A DNA stretch of 64,000 nt from positions 164 to 64,163 of the forward strand of contig JBDRBT010000014.1 of assembly GCA_043822385.1 (NCBI GenBank). The letters run 5' to 3'. Within the stretch, counting starts at the first letter, position 1, and each line of letters opens with the position of its first letter. Both the position numbers and the translations under genes were made by a program. The notes beneath the pieces are model-generated. The model was not told where the DNA came from. It saw only the letters and a program-made list of their open reading frames with translations, and searched no databases. The DNA comes from Candidatus Micrarchaeota archaeon. GTDB taxonomy: Archaea; Micrarchaeota; Micrarchaeia; Norongarragalinales; Norongarragalinaceae. Below, one piece after another: positions 17,458-27,069 of this stretch.

Positions 17458-17637
17458 TAAACCACCCACCTGAAAATAAAATGCTTTACAATCCTTTAAA
17501 ACGCTTAGAAAAGCGTTCTCGCGCCTTGAACCACCACTTTCAAGCCACGGGATAGTAAAAAGGCTGGCGCGTTTTAAAAAACCCACACTTCCAGTAAAAA
17601 CCAAACAACAATTATTCTTCTTATTCATTATTGATTA

Positions 17638-19164
17638 GTGCTTGACTTAACTTTACTCAAGAGAGAAAAGGCGGAATTAAGAGATTACCAGTTAATAACT
17701 GCAGAAAACTGCTTGAAACACAAAGCTTGCTTGGTAGTAATGCCCACTGCTTTCGGCAAGACGTTCGTTGCAATACTAGCAATAGCTCACTTATTGAAAG
17801 AAAAAAAGAAAGTCTTGTTTCTAGCTCCAACAAAACCCTTAGCAATACAGCAAGCCAACCGAATAATCGACTCGCTAGACATTAATCCCGAAACAGTACT
17901 GGTAGTTACTGGAGAAACGCCGCCCGAAGAAAGAACAAAACAATACGCTGGTGCGTTCGTTGTTGTAGGCACTCCGCAAACAATTGAACACGACGTGTTA
18001 AGCAGCCGCATTATGCTGAAAGAATACAATTTGATTGTTTTCGATGAAGCGCACAGAGCAATAGGGGATTACGCTTACGTTTTCCTTGGGGAACAAGCGC
18101 AAAAACATAAGTTAATGGTTTTAGGCTTGACTGCGTCTCCTTCTTCAGACCCAGCTAAAATACTGCAAGTATGCAACAATCTAGGCGTGAAACACGTTGA
18201 AGTCAAGACAGAAAAAGACGACGACGCCAAACAATACGCTAACAAAGTAGACTTAGACTGGGAGTATATTGACTTGCCTCCCGAATTCAAGCAAGTCCGG
18301 GATGCGTTAGAAGAATTATTGAAAGAACCGTTAGGAATGCTTAAAGACAACGGCTTCCTGCAGACCTCTGCAATCACTACAAACAAGCGGCAATTACTTG
18401 AATTAAGAGGAAAAATAATGCAAGCAACGCGCACAGACCCGCGCGCTTACCAGTGCTTGAGTGCGTTAGCTAAAGCAATGAATTTAGTGCAAGCAATAGA
18501 CTTGCTTGAAAGTCAAGGCCTCCGGTCGTTAAGTGAATTCTTGAACGGGTTAAGCGAGAGGAAAACTAAAACCAAGGCAGTAACTCAATTACTAACTGAT
18601 TTCAGAGTCAAAAAAATCCAGACTGGAATTAACACTTTGTTGGAAAACGAAATAGAACACCCTAAAATGCAGCGGTTAAAAGACATAATTATTAATTCAG
18701 TAAGCAAGGGAGAAAGCGCGATTGTTTTCGCTCACTACCGTAATAGTGTTGACGCAATTTCAAGCGAGTTAAACAAAATACCTAAAGTAGACGCGCGAAT
18801 AATGGTTGGCCGCAGTAATGAGGGAATGACTCAAAAAAAACAAAAAGAACGCTTGGATGAATTCCGAAACAAGGAATTCAACGTGCTTGTATCAACGAGC
18901 ATCGGCGAGGAAGGAATAGACGTGCCAGCCGTGGATTTAGTTGTTTTTTATGAAGCAGTTCCGTCAGAAATTCGCTTGATTCAACGCAGGGGGAGAGCGG
19001 GGAGAACTAGGGTTGGCCGCGCAATTATTCTAGTTACTAAAGGAACTAAAGACGAAGCATTCTTGTGGATTTCACGCCGCAAGGAAGCTAAAATGCACGA
19101 GTCACTAAAAACAGTTAATGCTTTACTGAAAGAACCACCGCAACAAAAACTACTTGATTTTTAA
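17638..19164 (+). CDS. Hef-type (FANCM/ERCC4-related) SF2 helicase, helicase part only
   Basis: LRDYQL, walker A PTAFGKTF, FDEAHRA (DEAH), LGLTASP, and the C-terminal helicase motif QRRGRAGR. 508 aa with a GTG start. Confidence 0.85.
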   Translation: MLDLTLLKREKAELRDYQLITAENCLKHKACLVVMPTAFGKTFVAILAIAHLLKEKKKVLFLAPTKPLAIQQANRIIDSLDINPETVLVVTGETPPEERTKQYAGAFVVVGTPQTIEHDVLSSRIMLKEYNLIVFDEAHRAIGDYAYVFLGEQAQKHKLMVLGLTASPSSDPAKILQVCNNLGVKHVEVKTEKDDDAKQYANKVDLDWEYIDLPPEFKQVRDALEELLKEPLGMLKDNGFLQTSAITTNKRQLLELRGKIMQATRTDPRAYQCLSALAKAMNLVQAIDLLESQGLRSLSEFLNGLSERKTKTKAVTQLLTDFRVKKIQTGINTLLENEIEHPKMQRLKDIIINSVSKGESAIVFAHYRNSVDAISSELNKIPKVDARIMVGRSNEGMTQKKQKERLDEFRNKEFNVLVSTSIGEEGIDVPAVDLVVFYEAVPSEIRLIQRRGRAGRTRVGRAIILVTKGTKDEAFLWISRRKEAKMHESLKTVNALLKEPPQQKLLDF

Positions 19165-19205
19165 TCAAGCAAAAACGGAAAAACCAGTTGCTCCTAATAA
19201 GTAAA

Positions 19206-19850
19206 ATGGAAGAAAGAGTACAGGTTATTCTAGACGACCGCGAATTAAAGAGCGGTTGCGCTAAAGCACTTTACTCAATGGACGCCTTGCTTACTCCAAA
19301 ACGATTGGATGTAGGCGATTACGTGTTGAGTGACAGGGCTTGCGTTGAAAGAAAAAGCGCTGACGACTTCGAAGCCTCAATAATTGACGGCAGGTTGTTT
19401 GAGCAAGCAAAACAACTCAAAGCAACGTACGCTTCCCCAATAATAATTATAGTCGGAAAAGAATTCTATAGAGTTAATGAGAAAGCAAGGCGCGGCGCCT
19501 TTCTCTCGTTGATGATTGACTACCAAATTCCGTTGTTTTTTGTTGAAACAGAGAAAGAACTAGCTGAATTAATTCACGCTATAGCAGTGAAAGAACAACT
19601 GCAAGAAAAAAGAGAGTTAAAGCTACAGTACGGAAAGAAAAACACGTCCTTATCAGAACAACAACAATTAATCGTTGAGTCAATTCCGTTGATAGGGCCT
19701 AAGAACGCGAAAATGTTGTTGAAGCACTTTGGTTCTGTAGAGAAAGTGTATGAAGCAGACACTGAGGCGCTGCAGGAATGCGAGGGAATCGGCCCTACGC
19801 GAGCCAAGGAAATCAGGCGCATTATAACCAGCCAATACGAAACTCAATAA
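19206..19850 (+). CDS. ERCC4/XPF-type nuclease with (HhH)2 domain (Hef nuclease part)
   Basis: ILDDRELKSG..., LDVGDYVLSDRACVERKSADDFEASIIDGRLFEQ (the ERCC4 GDxnERKxxxD signature), then IPLIGPKNAKMLLKHFGS...GIGPTRAKEI (HhH2). ATG 19206 is preferred over TTG 19188. Confidence 0.85.
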   Translation: MEERVQVILDDRELKSGCAKALYSMDALLTPKRLDVGDYVLSDRACVERKSADDFEASIIDGRLFEQAKQLKATYASPIIIIVGKEFYRVNEKARRGAFLSLMIDYQIPLFFVETEKELAELIHAIAVKEQLQEKRELKLQYGKKNTSLSEQQQLIVESIPLIGPKNAKMLLKHFGSVEKVYEADTEALQECEGIGPTRAKEIRRIITSQYETQ

Positions 19851-19873
19851 AAAAGAAAAAACAAGGGATTTAT

Positions 19874-20755
19874 GTGGGCGAACTAAAACACAAGCATTTG
19901 GAAATAGGCTACAGCGTCAAGCAAATAAAAAACGGCGGTGGCGACGTTATTTTTAGTCACGGAAAGAATTTCGGGATTGGAGACTGGAGCGGCCACCATG
20001 GAAATACTAACAAACTCGCACGAATGGGTAATAAAATAATAAAAAAATCATTCAGTAACAGAAGCCTAAAAAACGCCGTAACAACCGCAAACAAAAATCT
20101 ATTTACTGCGTTAGAGAACTTACAAGACGCAGAAGTTTACCGGCTAGCATTAAAGGACCCTAAAATACTCGAAAACACAAACTTGTATTCAAGACAAGTA
20201 AAGGGTATAAACACTATAGAAGAATTAAAACTAAAAACAAAACAAAAAGCAATAGCTTTAGCAAAAAAAATAAGCGGAAAAAAACCAAACGCACAGTATG
20301 ACGAAAAGTCTATTACTGCTCACTTTTTTAATTTCAACCAAAAAAAAGGGTTAACCAACGTTAATGCGGGACATGAAGCGCCTATTCACCTTTATGAGAA
20401 TGCACAAGGAAAATACGACTACAAAATACTAGAAGGCGGAAAAGATTTTGCACCAGGAATACCGTTAGGAATATACAATGTTGAATATCAAGAAAAAAAA
20501 CTAGCTTTCCCAAAAAATAGTATTATTTTAGCATACACGGACGGGCTCTTGGACAGACAAGTTAACGGCAGAAATACATTATTGGGGGATCAAGGAAGAA
20601 AAGCCTTGGCTGAAATAGCAATCAAAATACTAAAACAAAAAAAAGGAATAAGCATGAAAAAACTAGCTAAAAAAATTCATAACGAGATTAGGGAAAAGTA
20701 CGGAAAAGCAACAGATGATGAAGCGCTCCTTGTTTTTAGAAGAAAAGCGGCTTAA
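19874..20755 (+). CDS. PPM/SpoIIE-like serine phosphatase domain protein (tentative)
   Basis: GGGDVIFSHGKNFGIGDWSGHHGN and ILAYTDGLLD...ATDDEALLVFRR resemble SpoIIE/PP2C motifs. The track ORF starts at 19778 inside the XPF gene. The in-frame GTG at 19874 is suggested, but the start is uncertain. Confidence 0.45.
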   Translation: MGELKHKHLEIGYSVKQIKNGGGDVIFSHGKNFGIGDWSGHHGNTNKLARMGNKIIKKSFSNRSLKNAVTTANKNLFTALENLQDAEVYRLALKDPKILENTNLYSRQVKGINTIEELKLKTKQKAIALAKKISGKKPNAQYDEKSITAHFFNFNQKKGLTNVNAGHEAPIHLYENAQGKYDYKILEGGKDFAPGIPLGIYNVEYQEKKLAFPKNSIILAYTDGLLDRQVNGRNTLLGDQGRKALAEIAIKILKQKKGISMKKLAKKIHNEIREKYGKATDDEALLVFRRKAA

Positions 20756-21309
20756 GTGAGTTGGAAGGTTTCGAAAAACTTTTTGGAAGGCGATAACAAC
20801 CGCGTGTTGCCTTGCTTCTTGGAGTCGATATAACCCAAGTCCTTCAATTCAGTAGTGTACAAATAAATTTCTCCCTTGAAGTAATGCTTCAAGTCTGACT
20901 GAAGCATTTGGCCTTTCTTACCGATTAAAGCAAGAATCTTTGTTGCCTTGCGCGACAACTCACTGCTTTTAGACAAGAACGCGACTTTATCAAGAAACAC
21001 TGGTTTTACTTCCAACGCTGCTTCTCCCTCGCGCATGGATAAAGTAATTGAAGACTCGCTTGAATCGTAATCCTTCTTTAATTCACTCAACAAAGCAGGA
21101 ATGAACCCTGTTTTCTCTCCTAAAACTTCAGATAATTCCTTGAAAGTCATTGGCCGGTTAGCTTGAAACAAAGCCGCTTCTAGAAGCCGTTTTGGCTCGA
21201 GTTTGGCATCAGGCTTTCGCTCTAAGGAAGAACCCTTCATTTCCGACTCGAATTCTGCTGAAGTTTCTTCCTCTTCAAGAGATTCCTGTACTTTCAAACC
21301 AATCTTCAT
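20752..21309 (-). CDS. scpB: segregation and condensation protein B (ScpB)-like
   Basis: LLEAALFQANRPMTFKELSEVLG plus a second winged-helix segment (LALIGKKGQMLQSDL). Internal ATG 21309 (MKIGLKV) is preferred. Confidence 0.65.
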   Translation of the reverse strand: MKIGLKVQESLEEEETSAEFESEMKGSSLERKPDAKLEPKRLLEAALFQANRPMTFKELSEVLGEKTGFIPALLSELKKDYDSSESSITLSMREGEAALEVKPVFLDKVAFLSKSSELSRKATKILALIGKKGQMLQSDLKHYFKGEIYLYTTELKDLGYIDSKKQGNTRLLSPSKKFFETFQLT

Positions 21310-21487
21310 TATAATAAAATAGGGAAAGAAAAAATTTAAACACAATGCAAGAAACAATAGTTTTTTTAAATGAGTTAAACCACTGTTTATACTAGCTGAA
21401 TAACCACTAATTACTAAAAAAAGGTTGTTTAGACTAAAAGTGGCCGTGAATTCTTTAAAAAAGATGGCTGCAGAAAGGTGTTGAAAA

Positions 21488-22081
21488 ATGCAGAATGAAT
21501 CATTATTGCCTCAAGAAAAATACTTGGAAGCAGGCGTACACATTGGAACCCGCAACAAGCACGGCGGAATGAAGGAATACATTTACAAAGCAAGGCCAGA
21601 TGGCTTGCACGTTATTGACTTAAAGAAACTAGATGAAAGACTTCTCGAAGCAGCTGAAAAACTAGCTTCATTCAATCCAATGAAAGTTTTTATTATTAGT
21701 TCGAAAGAAAACGCTAAGAAACCAATAACGGTTTTCTGCGAAAAAACGGGTTTTCAGTCAATAACCGGCAGGTTTACGCCAGGCAGGTTCACTAACCCAG
21801 CTAGGGATGATTTTTGTGAACCGGACGTAGTATTACTAGTTGACCCGAGTGTAGACAAGCAAGCTTTAAAGGAAGCTACTACAATGCGCATTTCAGTACT
21901 TAGCTTGTGCGACACTAACAACAATCCCGCTAAACTAGATTTAGTTATCCCGACAAACAACAAGGGAAGAAAAGCGTTAGCGCTAATATTCTGGTTGTTA
22001 ACTAGGGAAGTATTGAAAAAACAAGGCAAGATAGCAACAAACGAAGAATACGACGTTAAAACAGAAGAATACGAGTCTTAA
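21488..22081 (+). CDS. rps2: 30S ribosomal protein S2 (uS2)
   Basis: YLEAGVHIGTRNKHGGMKEYIYKARPDGLHVIDLKK and VDPSVDKQALKEA...IPTNNKG are typical of archaeal uS2. A GGTG RBS is present. Confidence 0.9.
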   Translation: MQNESLLPQEKYLEAGVHIGTRNKHGGMKEYIYKARPDGLHVIDLKKLDERLLEAAEKLASFNPMKVFIISSKENAKKPITVFCEKTGFQSITGRFTPGRFTNPARDDFCEPDVVLLVDPSVDKQALKEATTMRISVLSLCDTNNNPAKLDLVIPTNNKGRKALALIFWLLTREVLKKQGKIATNEEYDVKTEEYES

Positions 22082-22084
22082 GAC

Positions 22085-22357
22085 TCACTTTTCCCTAATT
22101 ATTATTTTAGTGTTACTAGCAGCGTTAGCAAAAGACGTTTCAAAACTAGTTCCGTACTTCCTATTGAATTGTTGAGTTGACTCGAAACAAAGCTTTTTAG
22201 CGTGCTCGTGAAACAAAGGGTGATTAGAATCAAAACTAAGCAAAGTAGAATCACTAACTCCTTTTTGGTTAACAGGATTTAAAACGAAAGGCAAGCTCTT
22301 ATTGAAGGAAGTGCCCTTAACTCCTTCAATTATTTTTGAACCAAGTAATTCGCGCAT
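22085..22357 (-). CDS. hypothetical protein
   Basis: 90-aa ORF immediately downstream of the polyprenyl synthase gene. No recognisable motif. Confidence 0.35.
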   Translation of the reverse strand: MRELLGSKIIEGVKGTSFNKSLPFVLNPVNQKGVSDSTLLSFDSNHPLFHEHAKKLCFESTQQFNRKYGTSFETSFANAASNTKIIIREK

Positions 22358-22376
22358 TTCTTCAAACCAAGATTAC

Positions 22377-23423
22377 TCAATACGTTCTAGTAATTAAATA
22401 ATCAGTAAGTGCTTTTAATTTTTGCGTTCCACTTCCTTCAGACAAAGTTTTTTCTACTTTCTCCCAAGTTTTCGTTGCTAGTTCTATAGCTTTCTTTTTA
22501 GCGTATTCAATTGAACCCGCGTCACTAATTATTTTTATTGCTTCCTCGATTAACACTTGATCTTTAGTGTGCAAATCAAGTATTTCACGCAAGCGCTTTG
22601 CTTTCGCGCTATGCTTCAAAGCATGAATAGTCATTAAAGTGCGTTTGCCTTCAGAAATGTCGCCGCCTATTTCCTTTCCATACTCAACATCAGCAATTAA
22701 ATTCAAAATATCATCCTGAATTTGAAACGCGATACCCAAGCTTTCCCCGTACTCGCCTAGTACTTTAATTGTTTCTTCTCCAGCGCCAGCTAAAACAGCA
22801 CTGAGTTTGCAAGCCATTCTACTCAAACAACCGGTTTTGAATGAAACCATTTGCAAGTATTCTTCCTCGCTTACTTCCTCCTTCAAACCCTTGTGCCAGT
22901 AAATATCCGTAGCTTGCCCTATTGACACGTTAATCATTTCAGTCAAGTAAACCTCGTAAAGCCTGGACTTCAAATTACTAGGTAAATCACTCTTCATTAT
23001 AGTGTTTAAGGGAATGAAATAAATCGCATTTCCAGCATTAACCGCAATATCCAACCCGTACAACAAGTGAATGCATTTTTTTCCTCTTCTTTCAAGAGAA
23101 TCATCCTCAATATCGTCTACAAGAAGTGTTCCGTTGTGAACTAGTTCTACTATTGCAGTGAAATCAAGTATTTCCTTGTAGTTTTTTCCTAATGCTTCGT
23201 AAACCATTAGCATTAACGCTGGCCTCCAGCGTTTTCCGCCGCGGTCAAGCAATTCCCAAACAGGTTCGTTTACGCCCCCATTTACTGCCTGCAAGTCTAC
23301 TTTGTAATTAATTTGGCCAACCGTTCTAGCAATAGCATCTTTATCGTATTTTTTAGGCAAGACTTTAAGCATTGCTTGCTCTATTTCAGGAACATACTTC
23401 TTGATTTCTAGTTTAATATCCAC
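22377..23423 (-). CDS. idsA: polyprenyl (geranylgeranyl) diphosphate synthase
   Basis: First Asp-rich motif LLVDDIEDDSLERRGK and second FQIQDDILNL. Length 348 aa. Confidence 0.9.
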   Translation of the reverse strand: MDIKLEIKKYVPEIEQAMLKVLPKKYDKDAIARTVGQINYKVDLQAVNGGVNEPVWELLDRGGKRWRPALMLMVYEALGKNYKEILDFTAIVELVHNGTLLVDDIEDDSLERRGKKCIHLLYGLDIAVNAGNAIYFIPLNTIMKSDLPSNLKSRLYEVYLTEMINVSIGQATDIYWHKGLKEEVSEEEYLQMVSFKTGCLSRMACKLSAVLAGAGEETIKVLGEYGESLGIAFQIQDDILNLIADVEYGKEIGGDISEGKRTLMTIHALKHSAKAKRLREILDLHTKDQVLIEEAIKIISDAGSIEYAKKKAIELATKTWEKVEKTLSEGSGTQKLKALTDYLITRTY

Positions 23424-23507
23424 GCTTGCTTCCCCCTAATAAATTCCACCCACAACAATTTATTAACTACACTTGAGTTGAGTAATTATAAAAAAAGATG
23501 ATTGAAA

Positions 23508-24386
23508 ATGGATTTTGTTAAAGCACTCACTGAAACACTCAGGTACTCAGTAATTTGGTTGAAAAAACCTTTTCCAACTGCGTATTACACTGCAGTAGCA
23601 GCAGTTCTAGTAGGCATAACCGTAATTGGAATAGGCGTAGTATTGTTTTTCGCTAGCATTCTAGCTAATATTTACGCTGGAGCTCCGACGCAAATAGCTG
23701 TTGAAACAGCTAAAGCCATTAGCTTGGGTTCACTTGGGTTAATTGCTTTCCTAGTTTTTTCTTTCATAGGCGGAATTCTTCTTTCAGCAGCTAACGTGTT
23801 TATTTACTCTGATGCTTTAGCAAGGCAAAAAATAAAAGTGCGCCCAATGAATTGGCGGGATTTCGTGAAATTCTTTTTCCTGCAAATATACGTTTCAATA
23901 GCCGCATTGTTTTCGTTATACTGGCCTTATCCTTTGTTTGCAGTACTCGGGTTGGGCTTATTGACGTACATTACGTGGATTAGCGTTCAGTGGATAGCGG
24001 TAGTGCCGGGATTCTTACTGGTTTTAAGCGTGTTGTTTTACTTCGCTAACATAGTATACCAATCAATGAGGCTAGTGTTCACGCCTTTTTACTTTATTAC
24101 TGAAACAAACAGCATTACTAACGCAGCTTCAAAATCCTTAGACTTAACTAAAGGAAAAACAATCAAAATATTCGGCTTGATTTTCTTAAGCAGTTTAATA
24201 ATTACTACCTTGATTCAAGTGGGAATTGAAGTAATCAAGTACCCGCTTGGTTTCTTAATACTCGTATTCCCGCCAGCAGCATTACTAGCATTATTACTTT
24301 TGGCTGCAATAGCGCTAGTAACTATATTCGCAGTTGGTTTTGCGTTAAGTAAAACGTTTTACTTGTTTAATAAAAAACTAGTTTAA
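23508..24386 (+). CDS. polytopic membrane protein, hypothetical
   Basis: About 6-7 hydrophobic helices. ATG 23508 (MDFVK) is preferred to TTG 23502. No prenyltransferase Asp-rich motif was seen. Confidence 0.55.
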   Translation: MDFVKALTETLRYSVIWLKKPFPTAYYTAVAAVLVGITVIGIGVVLFFASILANIYAGAPTQIAVETAKAISLGSLGLIAFLVFSFIGGILLSAANVFIYSDALARQKIKVRPMNWRDFVKFFFLQIYVSIAALFSLYWPYPLFAVLGLGLLTYITWISVQWIAVVPGFLLVLSVLFYFANIVYQSMRLVFTPFYFITETNSITNAASKSLDLTKGKTIKIFGLIFLSSLIITTLIQVGIEVIKYPLGFLILVFPPAALLALLLLAAIALVTIFAVGFALSKTFYLFNKKLV

Positions 24387-24781
24387 ACTACTTTGAATTT
24401 GAAGCCGTAAGCAATAATACCTTCGTCACCGTCTTCAAATATTTTCCTGAAAACCATTTTAACTCTAGCGTCAATAAGCACTTTTTCGTCAGGCGTTTCA
24501 ACTATTTGACTCAAAATTCGCACGCCGTTAGTTAACTCTATTATCGCTATGTAGTAAGGCGTTTCGTGCTGGAAACCAGAAGGCGCAGCGAAAACTCTAG
24601 TGAAGGAATAAATTTTTCCTTCGCGAGGCATTTGTTTTTTTATTAGCTTTCCTTTACTCCTGCAAACAGGGCAAATAGTTCTTTGCGGAAAGAAGTCGCC
24701 CTTGCAATTCACGCAGTGAGTGCCTACTAGTGAATACCGTTCCGGAATTTTCCTCCAAATTAATGGCAACGCGTTCCTCAT
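24383..24781 (-). CDS. DUF35 Zn-ribbon/OB-fold protein (thiolase-HMGCS complex subunit)
   Basis: 132 aa with CVNCKGDFFPQRTICPVCRS and an OB-fold tail. It is the last gene of the HMGCS-thiolase-DUF35 operon, with overlapping junctions. Confidence 0.85.
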   Translation of the reverse strand: MRNALPLIWRKIPERYSLVGTHCVNCKGDFFPQRTICPVCRSKGKLIKKQMPREGKIYSFTRVFAAPSGFQHETPYYIAIIELTNGVRILSQIVETPDEKVLIDARVKMVFRKIFEDGDEGIIAYGFKFKVV

Positions 24782-25944
24782 TCACCTAACCTCTTGTAAA
24801 CATGAATAACTGCGGTAGCACCACTACCGCCAACATTATGACTCAACGCATACTTTGCGTCATCAACTTGCCTCTCGCCGCATTTTCCTTGCAGTTGCCA
24901 CAAGCACTCTACTGCTTGTTTCACGCCAGTAGCACCAACAGGGTGACCGCAAGCCTTCAAGCCACCGGAAGTATTTACTGAAATAGTTGAATTCAATTGA
25001 GTCTCACCGTCTTCAACAGCCTTTCCACCGAATCCTTTTTCAAAGAAACCCAAGTCTTCGATAGCCATTATTTCAGCAATAGTAAAACAATCATGAACTT
25101 CAGCTAAATTAATGTCTTTAATCTTAATGCGAGCTTGCTCGAAAGCTTGTTTCGCAGCTACTTTAGTTGCATTAATGCTAGTTAAACTCTTTCTGTTAGC
25201 TAAAGCAAGAGTATCACTCGCTTGGCTTGAAGCAATTATTTCAACTGGAATCTCGCAATAATTTTTCGCTACATCACTGGAAGCTAGAATTAAGACCGCA
25301 GCACCGTCACTAATCGGTGAGCAATCAAATAATTTCAAGGGCGAAGCTACTTGAGGTGAATTCATTGCAATTTCTAAAGAAATCGCTTTCCTGAATTGAG
25401 CGTACTCGTTGTGAACAGCATTAGCATGATTTTTTACAGCGCATAAAGCCATTTGTTCTTCGGTAGTACCGTACTCTTGCATGTGTCGTTTAGCCATTAA
25501 TGCGTATAAAGCAGGAAACGTTGCTCCATTAAATAATTCCCACTCTTGGTCTCCAGCTCCACCTAATGCTAAAGAAGCTTCTTCAGCACTAACTTCAGTC
25601 ATTTTTTCTACTCCACCAACAGCAACCACGTCGTACATTCCTGAAGCAACAGCTTGGTAACCCTGGCGTAAAGCAACTCCACCTGAAGCGCAAGCTGCTT
25701 CACAACGCGTTGAAGGCAAGGGATTCAAACCCAACTGGTCTGCAATTAAAGCACCAATATGTTCTTGACCAAGCAAACGCCCGGAAGCCATACACCCGCC
25801 GTAAATAGCTTGCAATTGTTTTCCTTCAACTCGTGCTTCCTTCAATGCGCGCGCTCCAGCTTCAGCAACCATTTCCCTAAAACTAACGCTCCAGTGCTCG
25901 CCGAAGTGCGTTAATCCGCCACCAATAATAGAAACACTCCTCAT
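24778..25944 (-). CDS. acetyl-CoA acetyltransferase (archaeal thiolase)
   Basis: 388 aa. Active-site context CEAACASGGVAL and the C-terminal GHPVGATG...NVGGSGAT. Confidence 0.9.
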   Translation of the reverse strand: MRSVSIIGGGLTHFGEHWSVSFREMVAEAGARALKEARVEGKQLQAIYGGCMASGRLLGQEHIGALIADQLGLNPLPSTRCEAACASGGVALRQGYQAVASGMYDVVAVGGVEKMTEVSAEEASLALGGAGDQEWELFNGATFPALYALMAKRHMQEYGTTEEQMALCAVKNHANAVHNEYAQFRKAISLEIAMNSPQVASPLKLFDCSPISDGAAVLILASSDVAKNYCEIPVEIIASSQASDTLALANRKSLTSINATKVAAKQAFEQARIKIKDINLAEVHDCFTIAEIMAIEDLGFFEKGFGGKAVEDGETQLNSTISVNTSGGLKACGHPVGATGVKQAVECLWQLQGKCGERQVDDAKYALSHNVGGSGATAVIHVYKRLGE

Positions 25945-26984
25945 TACTCAACCGCCTTTAATTTCTTCATGTGTTTAATGTAAGAAGAATAATCGATATA
26001 CTCTTTGTTAGCAATTAATTCCTTAACTGAAGGAATAGTTCTTTGTTTCTCGAGTTCTTTAGTTGCTTTTAAAGCAAAAGCATCACTTCCAGCACCAGAA
26101 CCATAAGAAACCACTAGAATTTCGTCGCCAGCTTTTGCTTCATCTAACACTGCAGCCAAACCAAGCATTGAAGCACCGGAATACGTGTTCCCGATTAAAG
26201 GAGCAAGCAAGCCAGTCATTATTTTTTCTTTCTCAATACCAACTTTTTTAGCTAAAACTAAAGGAAACTTGCCGTTCGGCTGGTGCAAAACAACGAAATC
26301 AAAATCATTAACTTTCTTCTCGATTTTATTCAAAAGACCGTTTAAAGCAGCTGAAACGTGTTTAAAGTAACCAGGCTCTGCAGTAAAACGACCAGTATGC
26401 GTTGGATAGCGAGCGTGTTGCCTCCTCCAAAAATCAGGAGTATCAGTAGTAACCGAGTAAGTAGCTTCAATATTAGCTATAATCTTGTCTTTACCAATCA
26501 AGAACGCCGCGCCGCCAGAACCAGCTGAAAATTCTAAAGCATCATTAGGCCTGCCTTGAGCAGTATCAGCACCCACAGCAAGTCCAACATCAATCATTCC
26601 CGAATCAACCATACCCATGCAAGCTTGAATTCCGGCAGTACCTGCTTTGCAAGCAAACTCTAAGTCAGCTGCAGTTAATTCAGGGGAAGCGCCAATAGCT
26701 TCAGCAACAATAGTGGCAGTTGGTTTTACTGCGTAAGGCTTGCTTTCGCTCCCAACGTAAATAGCTTGAATTCTTTGCGCGTCAATGTTGAAGGAATTAA
26801 TTGCGTTTAACGAGGCTTCAACTGAAATAGTAGCTGAATCCTCATCAAAAGCAGACACGGCTTTTTCTTTAATTCCTAAGCCTTTAGAAGTTTGCTCTGC
26901 ATTCTTACCCCATACCCTAGCTATTTCCTCGACTTTAATCCTGAAACGCGGAATAAACGCGCCGTAACCAATAATACCAGCCAT
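25944..26984 (-). CDS. hydroxymethylglutaryl-CoA synthase (archaeal type)
   Basis: 346 aa. [47 protein letters not shown]. Confidence 0.9.
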   Translation of the reverse strand: MAGIIGYGAFIPRFRIKVEEIARVWGKNAEQTSKGLGIKEKAVSAFDEDSATISVEASLNAINSFNIDAQRIQAIYVGSESKPYAVKPTATIVAEAIGASPELTAADLEFACKAGTAGIQACMGMVDSGMIDVGLAVGADTAQGRPNDALEFSAGSGGAAFLIGKDKIIANIEATYSVTTDTPDFWRRQHARYPTHTGRFTAEPGYFKHVSAALNGLLNKIEKKVNDFDFVVLHQPNGKFPLVLAKKVGIEKEKIMTGLLAPLIGNTYSGASMLGLAAVLDEAKAGDEILVVSYGSGAGSDAFALKATKELEKQRTIPSVKELIANKEYIDYSSYIKHMKKLKAVE

Positions 26985-27069
26985 AAAAATAACCCTTTAA
27001 AAAAACGAACTTAACTAACACTACCAACAATCGTTAAAAAACTTAACTAACATCGTTGTTTGACGGACG

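Noticed and set aside
17458-17628. N-terminal 57-codon extension of the histone ORF
   Set aside because: An RBS (GGTGG) and a TATA-like element lie inside it, just upstream of the internal ATG. The extension has no histone-fold or other features, so it is treated as 5' UTR/promoter.
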